NCBI RefSeq assembly: GCF_009914755.1
Contig: NC_060928.1
DNA length: 64,000 nucleotides
Reading direction: 5' to 3' (one strand)
Source: the human T2T-CHM13v2.0 reference genome, Homo sapiens
Under the pieces are notes generated by a model, which saw nothing but the letters and a program-made list of their open reading frames with translations, did no database searches and was not told the origin of the DNA. This document shows positions 1 through 15,266 of the stretch, in pieces; position 1 is the stretch's first letter; every line of letters begins with the position of its first letter. A program made the translations under genes and the position numbers.

Positions 1-563
1 CATATTTTAAAATCAATCTTCCTAAAAGGTCTGCTTTTATTGTATATTTTATTTAACAATAGGCACTGGGTTTGTGTTACATATTTATATATTTTATTTT
101 ATTTTTATAATATAGACATCACCTAGATGAAACACCTTTACCCTGTCCTGTAAAACACTAAAGTTACATTTTTCACCAACTTAATTGGAAAGAAGGGGAG
201 TGAGAAAGCAAACAGTCTTTAATGTGCTGTGGATCTAATCTAGCAAGGTATCCTTGTGCCAACATGTAATCATTAACGACGGATGAAAAAGCAAGAAAAC
301 AGCCAATCCTTATAAAATTCCAGCATTAAACATTTGTAAAGTGCTTTTCACCATAGCAAGACTGTCAGAGTCTATGTTATTAGAATGTTGCAGATTTCCA
401 CTGAATCGAACCTCACTGGAGAAGAGCTCACTTGTTTTTAAAAATCTTGGCTATGTAAGCTGTCACCTGTACAAATTTTTAACATAATAATTCTTGCCAA
501 ATATGACTTTAAATGTACGTGTTCCTTCAGAACTCAATGAAAATACTCTTTGGCTAATGTATC

Positions 564-600
564 AATAAATTTTCTGTAAATGTTCTGTTCAGGGTTTTAC
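564..600 (+). terminator. Candidate proximal poly(A) signal
   Basis: AATAAA at 564-569, upstream TGTA elements, followed by GT/T-rich tgttctgttcagggtttt. Confidence 0.4.
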
Positions 601-2731
601 AGAGATGACATGTTCTGACTTAAAACTGCAAAAAGTCTAGTAGATATTTTTCTTCATGGTTTTCAAAGCCAGCTCTCCACGTTTGGATTTTAACAAAATA
701 TAAGGCCTCTTTGCACTAGTGAAAAAACACGTCTACTCATGACAAGTGCACACCCACTATGGCTGTCCTTCTTCTGTAAACATCCATTCCTCTAGAATCT
801 AAATTGTAGAGCAGTATAGATTATGCAGCGCCAGCTGACTTTCTAAACCTTCTCCTTACCTTTAGGAATACAAGCCTCAATTTAAAAAATATATTGTAGC
901 TAGTATTTCTCTATTGTTTTAAGGTGAGAGATTTGCAATTAAAGCCCAGTAAGCATTTATATAGAAGCCACAATGTAGAAAGATTGGTTAAGTACACTGC
1001 TCTTGTCTTCCATATATGATTACTTAAGTTTCAAGTGACCTCATGCCAAATGGAAATGGGTTGAGAAATCTTGGTTCAGTGCTTAGTGAACAATAGCCTG
1101 CATTAAAAAGTGCATGCATAATTTTGCACAATTTAGATTCAATTGACAGTCTATTCAAAGAAGTCTCAGGATTAAATGAGCATGGAGACCAAATTGCCCT
1201 CTTACCCCAGAAAAGGGGTGGTCCCTTCTAGTCACACTAACACTTCATTGGCCCAACAGTGTGACAAATCTTGCAATGAACCATGCAGTAGCCTGCATCT
1301 GTAGGTTAATAGCAATCTTTTGTCTCCATTGCTTTCTCTTCATAGCCCTTTTACTGAATTCCATCACAGAAAGTTTTACAATTAAAAAAAAATGTCCTGA
1401 CAACCATTTTTGTAAATGGACCTTACCATCTAATTGTCCCTTATTCAACGTGGGTGACATTAACAAAATGTGAACTTCTTGTGAGGGAGCCAGCTGTCTA
1501 AATCTGTCAAATCGTGCAGTTTTATTACACATTCTCCAATTCTTCCTAGTTTCCCTGAAAACAATAAGGATACTGCTATATATTCAGTAAAATCTAAAAA
1601 AATCAAGCATTACTTCTTACATCTTTAAACTTTCCATCTCCTCCCCAAAATAAAAGGTGTTCTATTGCCATTAGTTCTACTGTTTTAAAATATCTATATT
1701 AAGTTGACCAGGCCCAGATTTTTTATACAGCTTTTTCCCAAGTGAAAGATTTTCAAGTGACTTAGAAAAACATATGTGCCCCAGGTGTCATTGCCTTTTC
1801 TTTTGTGAGTCATTAGAATGAAAGGCCAAGTTCTTCTCAAGAGAAGATAGCAAGATCCACGGATATTAAGCCAAGCAAAGAAAGTAAAATCATTGGAGTC
1901 ATTTCTTTCTGTTCTTAGGAGAAAAGTAGATAGCACTGGCTAATTGATGGCAACATATTTTAAATTAAGTGGTCAATTCAAAAATTCTCTTTGACCTTTT
2001 CTTTCAAGTAGATTTTTTTAAATGCATGACTGGAGAATTATCTTCAATGATTCATGATGAGAGGCAGGTAGGAATTGGTTAAGAAGTATGAGCAGGAAAA
2101 AATTATTGTTTAATCACATGAAAGGCAACATCTGTTCAGTTCATAAAGCACACAATCTCGAATGGAAGAAAAAAAGGTCCTTCGTAAGAATACTGATGCA
2201 TAAGATAAAGACGAAATAATGAAAAAGAAAAATGTATATTATTATTCCCTTGTCCATTCTCAAGTTTAAGCTGCGGTTGTCAGTTGAATGTGAAATGATG
2301 TTATAGTTGTTTTAAATGGTTGGAAATAACCTTTCTACTACTGTTTCTGCCACACTGTTGTCCTGGTTCATAGAACCTTGTTTTCTTGACAGTTATTTAA
2401 GGTAATAAAAGGAACACAATTTGGCAGATCTTTAAGTGAAAGAGAGAAAAAATTTAAGAAATTGAGTGATGGCTAAAAGTAAGTGCTTCCATCCATAACT
2501 TTTCTTCTTGGATTTTTTTCAATGTAATTATTGTAAAATTTTTTTTTTATTTTATCATGAAGAATACTCGGAAGGTTTCTCAGATTAATGAGTATCTCAT
2601 AAAGAGTAGAGAAACCAACACATACAATATATACACACAACCTAAATAGAAAACTATTTTCTTTGTCATTTGCATGCCCCAGAGAAGTTACTTCTTCCCT
2701 ATTTATTTCTTTGAAAATAATTACAAAATAG

Positions 2732-3138
<407 letters not shown>

Positions 3139-3360
3139 TAAGGTTAGATGCTACATCTAGGAGCATTCAAGATATACATTAATTTAAACTTTTATTAGTC
3201 TAACTTTCTGTTAAGTCTCTTAGCTTTGAAACATAAAAGAGAAATCAAGCCCAAATTTTTAGAGGAAGGCTAAGGTATACTATTGGCAGTTGTAGTTTTA
3301 ATTGTAATTGACTGATTAACCAAGTAATTTATAAAATGTTACCTATACTGTCAGTGTTCA

Positions 3361-3490
3361 CCTCCTCTCCCTCCCTCCTTCTCTCTCTCTCTCCCCCTCT
3401 CGCTCTCTCGGCTAATATATATGTGTATGTGTATATATATGTATGTATATATATATACACACACACACACACATACATACATACATATAT
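3361..3490. repeat. Compound (CT)n/(TA)n/(CA)n microsatellite
   Basis: Directly visible. Confidence 0.9.
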
Positions 3491-4188
3491 TCTTTTTCCT
3501 TTTAACCACTTCCCTCTCCTACATTTTCTATTGGTTTTGCCTAAATAGACATGTTCTCAATACACCCATGTTGAAGGTATCCTGGGCTAGATTGCTGTTG
3601 ATTTTGCTGGTTATGATCTTTTCTTTGTTTTTCTGAAAAATAGCCTCTCTTGGTTCCACATTTTCTCAAATTCTATATAACAAATAATAGTGGATAGTAA
3701 ACAAATGACATACTAGGCTGATCTATTACAATCATTGAAAGAAATAAGGAAGAGCAGAAATCACTAACAGTCCAGAGGCTCCAATTCAGCTGCTCTAGCA
3801 TAGATACAGGAAAGACATGGAGAATAACACTGGGGTTAGCTAACAGCAGGGAAAGTTAGTAGCTATTTCCTAGCCAAGGAACAACCTTCTCTATGGAATA
3901 ATTTTAAGAAAATTATTCCAAATCTGTGAGGAAAAAATAAGAAGCAGTTCCTCAATGGAGACTTTATAAATCTTAATTTCCTCACCCCTGGGATGAGATT
4001 TGAAGTTGCAGAGGACTCAGACCAAAGTCCCATGGCAGAAAATGTACATATTTTTAAACTACTCCCAGGAAGTAAACTAGTACTGTGAATGCTGGCAATA
4101 CCATCAGAAAGTTTATCTTTAAAATACCTAAAAATAAATATATATTTGCTATCTTATCCTCTTTTTGTCACACAAACATAAATTGGTC

Positions 4189-4402
4189 ATATATATATTT
4201 ATATATATGGTTATATATATTTGGTTATATATATATCTTTATATATATATCTTATATATATATCTTTTTATATATATCTTATATATATATCTTATATATA
4301 TATCTTTATATATATCTTATATATATATCTTATACATATAAGATATATATTATATATATAATATATATCTTATATATATATATATCTTAATACATATATA
4401 TA
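4189..4402. repeat. AT-rich tandem repeat, (TA)n interrupted by CTT
   Basis: Repeated tatatatatctt-type units. Confidence 0.95.
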
Positions 4403-6019
4403 ACCATGGAACCTGCCAAACACTAATCCTAGCCAACTTCAATCCTTCTTTCTCTTAACTATCTTCTCTGAATAAGTTCTGGACTTCACCTTAAAATAAG
4501 TTTTTAGGAGAGTAATATATATTCATGGGATTGTGAGGGAGCATTGTAGAGCTGTTTTCTTCTCAGTCATAGTGGTGGTTTTCCTAGCTGCTATGGAAAG
4601 GTTTGTTCACTTATGAGATTAGGACTTTTCTTAAATTCCTCATTAAATATGAACCTAAGGCATACCCATCATTTACCTTGATTCCCATATAATTTGTGTA
4701 AGTCATATATAAGTCCATTGACAAAATAAAAAAATAAATAATTGGATTCCTTGTATCAACAGAAAGCCTTGTGCTTAAAACCTGTTATTCTTCTTTGAGC
4801 CAGACTAAACAGTAACATTTACAAAATGGTATCAGCTCAACATTAAATCTAAGGTTACTTCTCACATACATCATAAAGTCAGCCATCATCTTTCATTTAG
4901 GATTTCTTGGGGTTTTCTTTTTGCATATATAGATTATGTATTACTTAAATCCAAAATACATGTGTGTATATATATACATATATATGTAACTTAATATAAA
5001 TGTTTGATGAGTTATCTCAATTGACTATAATCTTCTAAGTCAAAAAGAAAACATTTAAGTACATAATATAAAAAGAACTGAACATTAACAGTAATGGGAA
5101 ATTCATAATGGCTAAATATGAAATAAGCTTTGTCTTTGCAGTTACAAACTAATTCTTGTACATTTTCCTTTTCACTAAAAAAATAACTAATTGATAGTTT
5201 CCATTCACATGAACAAGTTATAATCAGGTTTGGGATAGTATGCCCAAAACCTATGTTTCTTTACTTTATATTCTTAAAATCTGAGACATGATTTTTCTGG
5301 AACAAATTAAGATTTCATGTACAATAGAGTCCCTTTCCTAATACTGTTATGAAGAAACCAAGTTGACTACCTTATGAGAGATCAGATATTTCCCTTATCT
5401 CATTATATTCACAGCATATGTTTGGACATGCGTTTCACCAAGAACCATGTAGTAATAAGATAAATGGTAACTGAGGTACTATGGAATTTTTAGAACTTGA
5501 TTCCCCAGGACATGCTACAGTAAACTAAACTATTTATTCAAAAGTAACCCAACTAATTAAAGTGAAAAAAAATTGTTGAATCACAATGAACAAACATAAA
5601 ACAATACTTAAATGAGAATTCTGTGTCTTTTTTGGTTTTATCTGTGATTTATTTTGTCCAGTATTAAGGAATGGTTATCTTTATCATTCTTCTAACATGT
5701 TTTGGTTTCTCTAATGGTTCATTTTCCTTTAGCTTGTGAAAATTAGGGCAGTTTGTCCAGAGCCTTACTCGCAGGAGACACCAGACCCAACCCATGCTTA
5801 GATTTCTGTTAATAAAAGGGAGAAGGGTATTTGAATAGGTAGTAAAGGCAGGTACAAGTTTAAGGGAGCAGGGCTATCATATGTACTAGGTGAGATTTCT
5901 ATAAATGTCTGAAAAGTTACATGCATAGTCATTGGCTCAGGTAATTTCTCTGAATTTGAACTTATTTGATTTATTTAACCAAGTTATTATAATATGCAGT
6001 TCTCTTTAATCAATCTTCT

Positions 6020-6110
6020 ATTATTCAATCATCTATCCATTTATTAATTCAACAAATATTTATTAAAGTGCCTACCATGATTATGTGCTGTAGAAAAGAC
6101 AAGGACATTT
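6020..6110 (-). mobile_element. L2 3'-end relic
   Basis: attcaacaaatatttattaaagtgcctac matches the reverse-complemented L2 terminus. Confidence 0.6.
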
Positions 6111-6584
6111 ACTAGGGGGGATTGTGGGCCCAATCGGCATCATAAGCATGTCTGAAGCAAAAGACAATAATCACATCCAACGGCACCAGTTCAGCTCAAC
6201 TTTAGAATTCAGCAGTAACAGTACAGATGGCCTAAAGTACATCTGTGTGTATCTGTACGTGTGCACACACCCATGTATATATATTTATCTATCTGTACAA
6301 ACACTACATATGTATACACACTATCTATGTAAAATATAATATATGTATAATGCATATAAATTCTAACAAGTGTATTTGTGTTATCTTTAAAATAGAACAA
6401 TTGTATCTTGAAGTGGTAAATGCAGAGAATTGGTTTTATTGTTGATCTGTGGATTTAATGATTTCTAGGTGAAAAGGACGTTTAAGTGTACAATTTCTTT
6501 TCTTAATTTAATATATTTATGTAAATGCATGCCTGAAATTTGGTTAGATTGGCTGTGTTTTGTGTCTTTTAACATGATCAAATG

Positions 6585-6660
6585 ATTAAACTTTATCTTA
6601 TGACTTGATGTACATGTGCTATTTTAAAATTCTTTTTTATTTTAGAATTTAAAACTTTTT
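6585..6660 (+). terminator. Candidate distal poly(A) signal
   Basis: ATTAAA at 6585-6590, upstream TGTA motifs, downstream T-rich tract; UTR-like composition ends here. Confidence 0.4.
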
Positions 6661-7686
6661 TCTAAATATACAGACTGATTATATAAACACCAATTTTTAA
6701 ATACTCTGTAGCCAAACTACTTCAAAATATTCTCATCTTTTGTCATTTTTTACTTTCTAATTTTAAAATTTTCTTCCAAAATATATGCCAATGTTAAGGG
6801 TCAGTTTCATTAGGCAGCCATGAAGATGTTACATTGATAAATTTGTTCTAGGTTGTAAGTCCCTTAAACCCCATCCTTTCAAGTAAGTAAGAATAAGTAA
6901 AGAATGTAGAAGAGCAGTTAGGAACACTGGGTGCCCAAATTGAAGGGAAGAAGCATGTGGAGCGGGAGGGACGTGAATGAAGGTGATTGCAGGTACCCCA
7001 AAACTTTGTTGACCTCGCCTTTTTGCTTCTAGTTAACCCTACCAGGAGTATTTTGATCTGTTAATTTGAGCACAAATTTAAAATCTGCCAATTTTTTTTT
7101 TTTTTAGAAAAGCAAAATGTGTTCATCTAAGTCCCCTTTCTTCCTGGATAAATGCATCTCTTTGACTCGTTGAAAGGAAAAGCTATCTCTCTGCAAGACA
7201 TTATAATCTCTAAAAGAATAAAACGTGTTACAAAGTGTTCATTCAGAAAGTGTTCTTCCGCTCAGATTGCTCCTTAGAAGTTTTAAGTTAGACGAAACGT
7301 CACCATGAAAAGAGCCCTCTAGCTCATGTTCACAACAGCCCAGGAAGCACCGGAATTCTTTGTGTTTCTACCCTTCCGGTTCCTGAATGCGTCCTTGTGG
7401 CTCAGACCATGATCACCCTTTTGTTTCTTGTGTGTCTACTATTTTTGAATCCCTGATAGACGTACATCATTTCCTACATACGTGAAGAAAATAATAGTAT
7501 ATATGTCCACTCTAGTGATGGAAGTGATTTCTCGCTAATCTCTCTGGATTCCTTCACTGTCTCTTTTTTGGCTTCTCAGCTCTGCCATCACCAGCGTAAG
7601 CAATTCCCTGCTTTAAATTCCCGCTGTGGTAAACATTTAAAGTAGCCTCCATTTCCCATTTTTAGGTGCTGAGTGCTACAATTTCG

Positions 7687-8310
7687 TTTTTTGTTTTTTG
7701 TTTTTTTGAGACAGGGTTTTGCTCTTTCTTTCTTTTTCTTTCTTTTTTTTTTTTTTTTTTTACCAAGTCTTGCTCTGTCGCCAAGCGGGAGTGCAGTGGC
7801 ACTATCTCGGCTCACTGCAACCTCTGCCTCCCGGTTCAAGCGATTCTCCTGCCTCAGCCTCCCAATTAGCTGGGAAGCTGGGAGTACAGACAGGCACCAC
7901 CATGCCCAGCTAATTTTTGTATTTTTAGTAGAGATGGGGTTTCACCATGTTGGCCACGATGGTCTCAATCTCTTGACCTCATGACCTGCCCACCTTGGCC
8001 TCCTAAAGTTCTGGGATTACAGGCATGAACCACCGCACCCAGTCAGAGTTTTCACTCTTGTTGCCCAGGCTGGAGTGCAATGGCGCGATCTAGGCTCACT
8101 GCAACCTACACCTCCTGGGTTCTCCCTCAGCTTCCCAAGTAGGTGAGATTACAGGCACCCGCCACCACGCCTGGCTAATTTTTGTATTTTTAGTACAGTC
8201 GGGGTTTCACCATGTTGGCCAGGCTGTTCTCAAACTCCTGACCTCAGGTGATCCCCCAGCCTCGGACTCCCAAAGTGCTGGGGTTATAGGCATGACCCAC
8301 CATGCCTGGC
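7687..8310 (-). mobile_element. AluSq/Sp-like SINE interrupted by a nested Alu
   Basis: Tail and last bases at 7687-7726; body resumes at 8045 (ctcttgttgcccaggctggagtgcaatgg). Confidence 0.9.
7727..8044 (-). mobile_element. AluSc-like SINE nested in another Alu
   Basis: Own poly(T), Sc-type ctcttgacctc(a/g)tga, flanked by degenerate TSD at 7713-7726 and 8045-8059. Confidence 0.9.
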
Positions 8311-8887
8311 TGATACAAATATTAATAAGAATGACAGACCAGTGAGAAGAGAGATGATGTGGTGGAACTAAAAACGGACATGATGAGATCTTTAAGAGGA
8401 CACATTAAGAAACTATTATCTTGGATACCTTGTGATCACAATAAAATGAGGTTAGATGGGTCCTACTTCCAAACGTGGAATGTAAACCTTAAATTTCTAA
8501 GGCAGTGGAGAAGTGGAAACTTCACAGTTGTCACTAAAAGACTTCATAGCTCACACCGGTACTATCACAATTCTCAGCTGCCAATTTCCCCAGGATTTTG
8601 ACAGTTAATGTGACAGATATGTCTATAAAATCACTCCTTTACACTCACTTTTTTAATAGAAAAGTTGAAACTAATGTTCTATTTCCAATGGAAATACAAT
8701 TTAAAATACCAGCCACACATAATATCTCATCAGTAAAAAATAGTTTTTTTCTATTTGGAGTTCTAAAGAGGACTCTCTGAAGATTAAATCCTATTATCAT
8801 TCGAAGAAATGAGAGGATAAAAGAAAGGAAAACAATTTGGATAAAATATTTCTTCTACATTTTTATAATTTCCATGCAGTATTTTCT

Positions 8888-10063
<1,176 letters not shown>

Positions 10064-10379
10064 CCATGCAGTATTTTCTATGATTAAAATAAACAAACAC
10101 TTTAAAAGGGAAAAGGAGAGGGGAAGGAGAAGGAGGTAGAAGGCTGGGTAGCTCCCAACTATAAAACTCATTCTTCTTGGGACTATGCCAGCATCAGAAA
10201 CTACTTGAGCTCAGTCTTGTAATTTAATAAGATGTTGTCAGATCCTTTTGACATATTTATAGCCTTATAATTAAAACTCCCTGATGCAAAATCCATGTGC
10301 TTCATGTAAAGCAATTTCACTTATCGTAGACACTCTGTTCTATGATCTACAGCTACCAAAAGCCACACATGCCAGGTGT

Positions 10380-10530
10380 ACTGGCAAGAGGCAAGAGCTC
10401 TGGCCTAGGGCTGGGAGATGCCAAGTCTCCAACTAATTAGCTGGAAGCTACTGGATATATCTCTCACCGCACTGGGACTCAGCTTCCTTATATACAAAAG
10501 AACTCAGGTTCTCTCAGCTCTAACAAACAG
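10380..10530. mobile_element. MIR relic
   Basis: Core-like gggactcagcttccttatatacaaaag. Confidence 0.45.
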
Positions 10531-11111
10531 GTTTACTATTAGGTAGTACTAATTCCATGATCCATGTGGATGAAAGATTTGAAACTGCAAATCTTAGATA
10601 GGAATATATTAACTACTGCATTTCACGAATTTGTAGTGGTTACATAATCATAAAAGACACTCTTACTCATTTTCCTCTAATCTCCCAGCCTCCTGTTTGC
10701 CTTGGCTCTCCCACTCTTCTGTGGTTCTGGTGTTGCCTCCTCTTAGATGTTCTCTCAATCTCCTTTTTCTGTTTCTTCCATCTGGTAGGTTCATTCTTGA
10801 ATCCATTCATGTCTCCCACAGCTCTCACTCAAAATTTTTAAGACATTATCTGATCCATGTCCATCATTTCCTTTATGCTGAAGAAGTGCATGTTACAGGG
10901 AAGCTGCCACTCTCTTCAGGGTCCCTAATGCTTCGTTTTGCAACTGTCACAAATATCATTATTGCCTCTTCCGTGAATTACGTCCCCAAGAGAACTGCTG
11001 TAGGCACTCTACCTGACAGCATATTCTGGGCACGTAGAAGAGCAGAAATGCTCTGTTGATGTCCTCGAGAAGGCAGTCAATTCAACACACAGAAGAAAGC
11101 ATAACCAAAAA

Positions 11112-11510
11112 TATTAGTCTTCTCAGGCTACCATAACAAAGTATCACACACTGGGAGGCTTAACAGAAATTTATTGCCTTGTAGTCCTGGAAGCAGGAAG
11201 TATGAGATCAAAGTGTTGGCAGGCCTGGTTCCTTCTGAGGGATGTAAGGAAAGGATCTGTGCCAGGCCATCTTCTCCCTGTGTCTTTTCACATCACCTTC
11301 CCTCTATATGTGTCTCTGTGCCCACGTTTCCCTTTTTATAAGGACACCGATCATACTGGATTCAGGCCTAAACTAATGACCTCATTTTAACTTGATTACC
11401 TCTGCAAAGACCCTCTCTCCAAAAGGGTCACATTCTAAGGTACTGGGGGTTTGGACTTCAACATATGAATTTGGGGAAGGGAGAGGGGGAAGGGACACAA
11501 TTCACCACAG
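11112..11510 (-). mobile_element. MLT1-family MaLR solo LTR
   Basis: tattagtc...ccataacaaagtatcac start and gggacacaattca end are typical of reverse-complemented MLT1A-D. Confidence 0.85.
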
Positions 11511-11568
11511 CACTGTGCCCCAGAAATGGCATCAGACTTCATGAAGGCCTCGTTTTCATTGTCTGACA

Positions 11569-11730
11569 CAGTGCTTCTCAAACTCCATGGTGCCTCATGT
11601 CAGATGGGGACTTCACTAAAACACAAATTCTGATTTAGTACATCTGGGCTGGGGCCTCAGATGATCTCCAACAAACCCTGAGGTTATACTAATCCTGGTG
11701 GTACACAGCCTTACTTTTAGGAGCAAGGAT
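11569..11730. mobile_element. MER5-type hAT-Charlie MITE
   Basis: cagtgcttctcaaact start; ttctgatttagtacatctgggctggggcc core. Confidence 0.7.
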
Positions 11731-12283
11731 CTAATTCATGGTGGATAGGCTGTTTTAACTTTGAGGGCAGAATGGTAATGCTGGAAAAGACTTAGTGGAA
11801 ACATGACCTTCTGCCTCCAAAAAGGAAACAATGGTGTGGTCTCCATCTTAATTCCAGGCTTGTGCTTCGTCGGGTAGAATGTACACAACAGCACAGAGTC
11901 AATATTTGTGCTTAGCAGTCAGTCATCCCCATGACACTGGGGATCCTTGCTGTGGTTCCTACAGCTGCTGTTCTTATTTTCATCAATAACATTATAATCA
12001 CACAAACAAGTACAGTATTTCAATGTATGCTGGAATTCATCTATCTGTTAAAAACTGGGTTGGTAAAGTGATATGTACTATAAATAAAATATACATTAGT
12101 TTTAAACTGTGTAAATTGTGCCAAGATAGTACATTGCAGTAACAGAAAACTGTGAAAGTACTCCTGTTAAAAGAAAAACAAATGAAAGGAAAATATCACT
12201 ATGAATAAATATACTTTAATGAAGATGTAGACCTTGAAAAACAAAGAAAATGAGCATCTGTGTTATATTGATTTTTTCTACCA

Positions 12284-13150
12284 ATTTTATATAGACTTTA
12301 TGTTTTAGAGCAATCTTAGGTTCCTAGCAAAATTGAGAAGAAAGTATAGATATATCTTGTATACCATCTCCCCCCACATATGCATAACCTACCTCTCCTG
12401 TTATCAACATCCCCCACCAAAGAGGTACATTTGTTAAAACTGATGAACTTACATTGGCACATCATAATCATCCAAAGTTCATAGTTTACCTTAGGGTTCA
12501 CTCTTAGCTCTGTATTCTATGGGTTGTGATAAATGGAAAATGACATGTACCTGCCACTATGGTATCATACAGAGTAGTTTCACTGCCCTAAAAATCTTCT
12601 GTGCTGCACCTATTTATCCCTGTGTCTCCCCAAGCCCAGCCAACCACTGATCTCTTTAACTGTCTTTATAGTTTGTCTTTTCCTGAATGTCATATAGTTG
12701 GAATCATACAATGTGTGGCCTTTTCAGAATGGCTATTTTGCTTAGTGATATCCATTTGCTTAGAAATGTCTATCCAATAGACATTTCTTCCATGTCTTTT
12801 CGTGTTTTGATAGTTGGGTTTTTTCTTTTTAGCACTGAATATTATTCCATTGCCTGTAACACAGTTTACTTTTTCATTCACCTACTGAAAAACATCTTGG
12901 CTGCTTCCAAGTTCTGGCAATTATAAACTTGCCAACCATGCTATAAACAACAATGTGAAGGTTTTTGGGCAGATATAGTTTTCACTCCTTTGGGTAAATA
13001 CCAAGGAGCTCAACTGTATGGTAAGAGTATGTTTAGTTTTTTAAGAAACTGCCAAACTGTCTTCCAAAGTAGCTGTATCATTTTGCATTCCCACAAACAA
13101 TTAATGAGATCTCCACATCCTCACCAGCATTTGGTATTGACAGTGTGTCC
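12284..13150 (-). mobile_element. L1MB-like LINE-1 3' fragment
   Basis: Old L1 3' UTR plus ORF2 C-terminal similarity (ORF 12690-12881). Confidence 0.8.
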
Positions 13151-13167
13151 TGAATTTTCAGAAATAC

Positions 13168-13478
<311 letters not shown>

Positions 13479-13653
13479 CTAAAATTTTATAACTTTATCC
13501 TAACACCAAGGTATAATCATGTTACTTAGAGTTGTAAACATATCTGAAATTATGTCAAAAATGCTATGGAAGCAAATTTAGTGCTATTTGTTAAAGAACA
13601 ACACAAAATATCTGACCCACACATTTATGTACCACACTTAGAAGGGCTGAGAG

Positions 13654-13820
13654 CAGGGCTGCCCAATATAACCTTCTGTGATGATAGAAATGTTGTATAC
13701 TTGCACTGTCCAATATGGTAGCCACTAGTCACGTGTGGCTGTCAAGCTCTTGAAATGTGGCTGGTGCAACTGAGGAAATGAATACTTACTTTTATTTTAT
13801 TTTAATTAAATTTAAATATT
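13654..13820. mobile_element. MER3-like hAT-Charlie element
   Basis: ctgtccaatatggtagccactagtcacgtgtggct motif. Confidence 0.75.
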
Positions 13821-14662
13821 AGTTGCTCATATAAAAAGAGCTTTTTGGTGTTTTTTCTTTAATATTGGCTACTTCAAAAGTCAGAGCTAAAAGCAATTCA
13901 GACAATTTGGTTAAAACATTTTGGTGATATGTTTGACAATCCCTTATATGTAATTCATACTGAAATGTTTCATATTCCCTTTTCCTTTGTTCCCTTTTGC
14001 TCCTGTAGCTTACTGCAAATAGAATAGTGTACATACTCTTTGCTCTAAAAATTTTTACCTTCACTTTTGACCAAAATCAGTAAAATTCTTAATTCTAAGT
14101 AGTTTTATAGTGTAGTCAAAATGCATTATGCGAAAGTGGAAACTATGCACAGTGATCATGTATATACCCATTTCTGAGTGTGTACAAGTGAAGAAAAAGC
14201 ATTATATACAAAGAATTGCTGGTGGGAAGAAGAAAGGGAGGCTAGTACTTGTCAGGTGCCAAGCTCTCCTCAATTAGAGAAAATGCAGGCAGAGGAACTA
14301 GGGGCATGAGACTGCCACCATATATTTTTATACTTAGTTTTGTAAAATTATCCTGGAAGAGACAAATTTTGGAGCAATATTTAAAGACAATCAAATCCAT
14401 TACACTGATCTATAAGATATAGCTCTAAAAATTTCACTACATACAACCTGAAATAACCGTGAGAGATAAGCAATAGAGTAGAGCCAGAGGGAATGTCAGA
14501 GGCCCAAATAAAGAGCGAAGAAAAGATACCTACGTAAGTGGAAGTGGACATAATAGGTGTAGTACAGTAACAAGTCAACTAAACTGAATGGAAACAAGTG
14601 GGAGTTAGTAATAATTGCTAACACTTATATAGTGCCGTGTGCCAGACACCTCTTCAAAGAAA

Positions 14663-15114
14663 TGTCAAGAACTGTGAAAGTTCTGAGATTTCACTCCTTT
14701 TAGAAACTAACAAGTTAGCCTGCCATAATTTCAGGGAAGCTGACAGAAGACATAAGACTCCTGGGTCAGAGACAAAGGACCGTTCATTAGTCACAGGAAT
14801 AGTCAGAAGCAGTAACCAGTTCCCTGAGCCCCAGTTCTCACAGATTGAAACAGAAAGAACCAGGTGATATTTGCACTGGAAGTTGGTTGAGTTACAGAAA
14901 AGAAACTTTGAGCTTAGGGATCCCAAATCTTTTATAACAGAGAGTAGGCAAACCTACCTGACCTTTGCATTAGAGGGAGAAGCTATCACTGTCTTCCAAG
15001 GCTGGCTGTTATACAAGCATCCTTTAAAAGTTAGTTCAGAAGAAATGCATTCAAAACTTCTGCTTACAAGATGAGCAGAAACACAAAAGGTCCATTGAGA
15101 ATTGTCTCCCAATA
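14663..15114. mobile_element. Old ERV (probably ERVL-class) solo LTR inserted in a MIR
   Basis: TG start (tgtcaagaactgtg), ~450 bp. MIR sequence on both sides (~14605-14660 and 15115-15265) is contiguous. Family uncertain. Confidence 0.6.
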
Positions 15115-15266
15115 AGTACTTTACATATATTGATTCTCTGGACCTCCTCAACAACCACATGAGATAGGTACTCTTATGTCATTTTATAGATTAAGAAATG
15201 GGACACAAAGTTCCCACAGCTATTCAATGGTAGAGTGAGGATTTGAATCCAGCAATAGGGCTCTGG

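Noticed and set aside
1245-1532. Overlapping short ORFs in the first kilobases
   Set aside because: No recognisable domain; lengths are expected by chance in UTR-like DNA.
4085-4390. 101-aa Ile/Tyr-rich ORF
   Set aside because: Translation of a (TA)n repeat; the same applies to 3421-3636 and 63274-63552.
10697-11059. 120-aa ORF in unique sequence
   Set aside because: Non-ATG start, no homology or exon signals that I can support.
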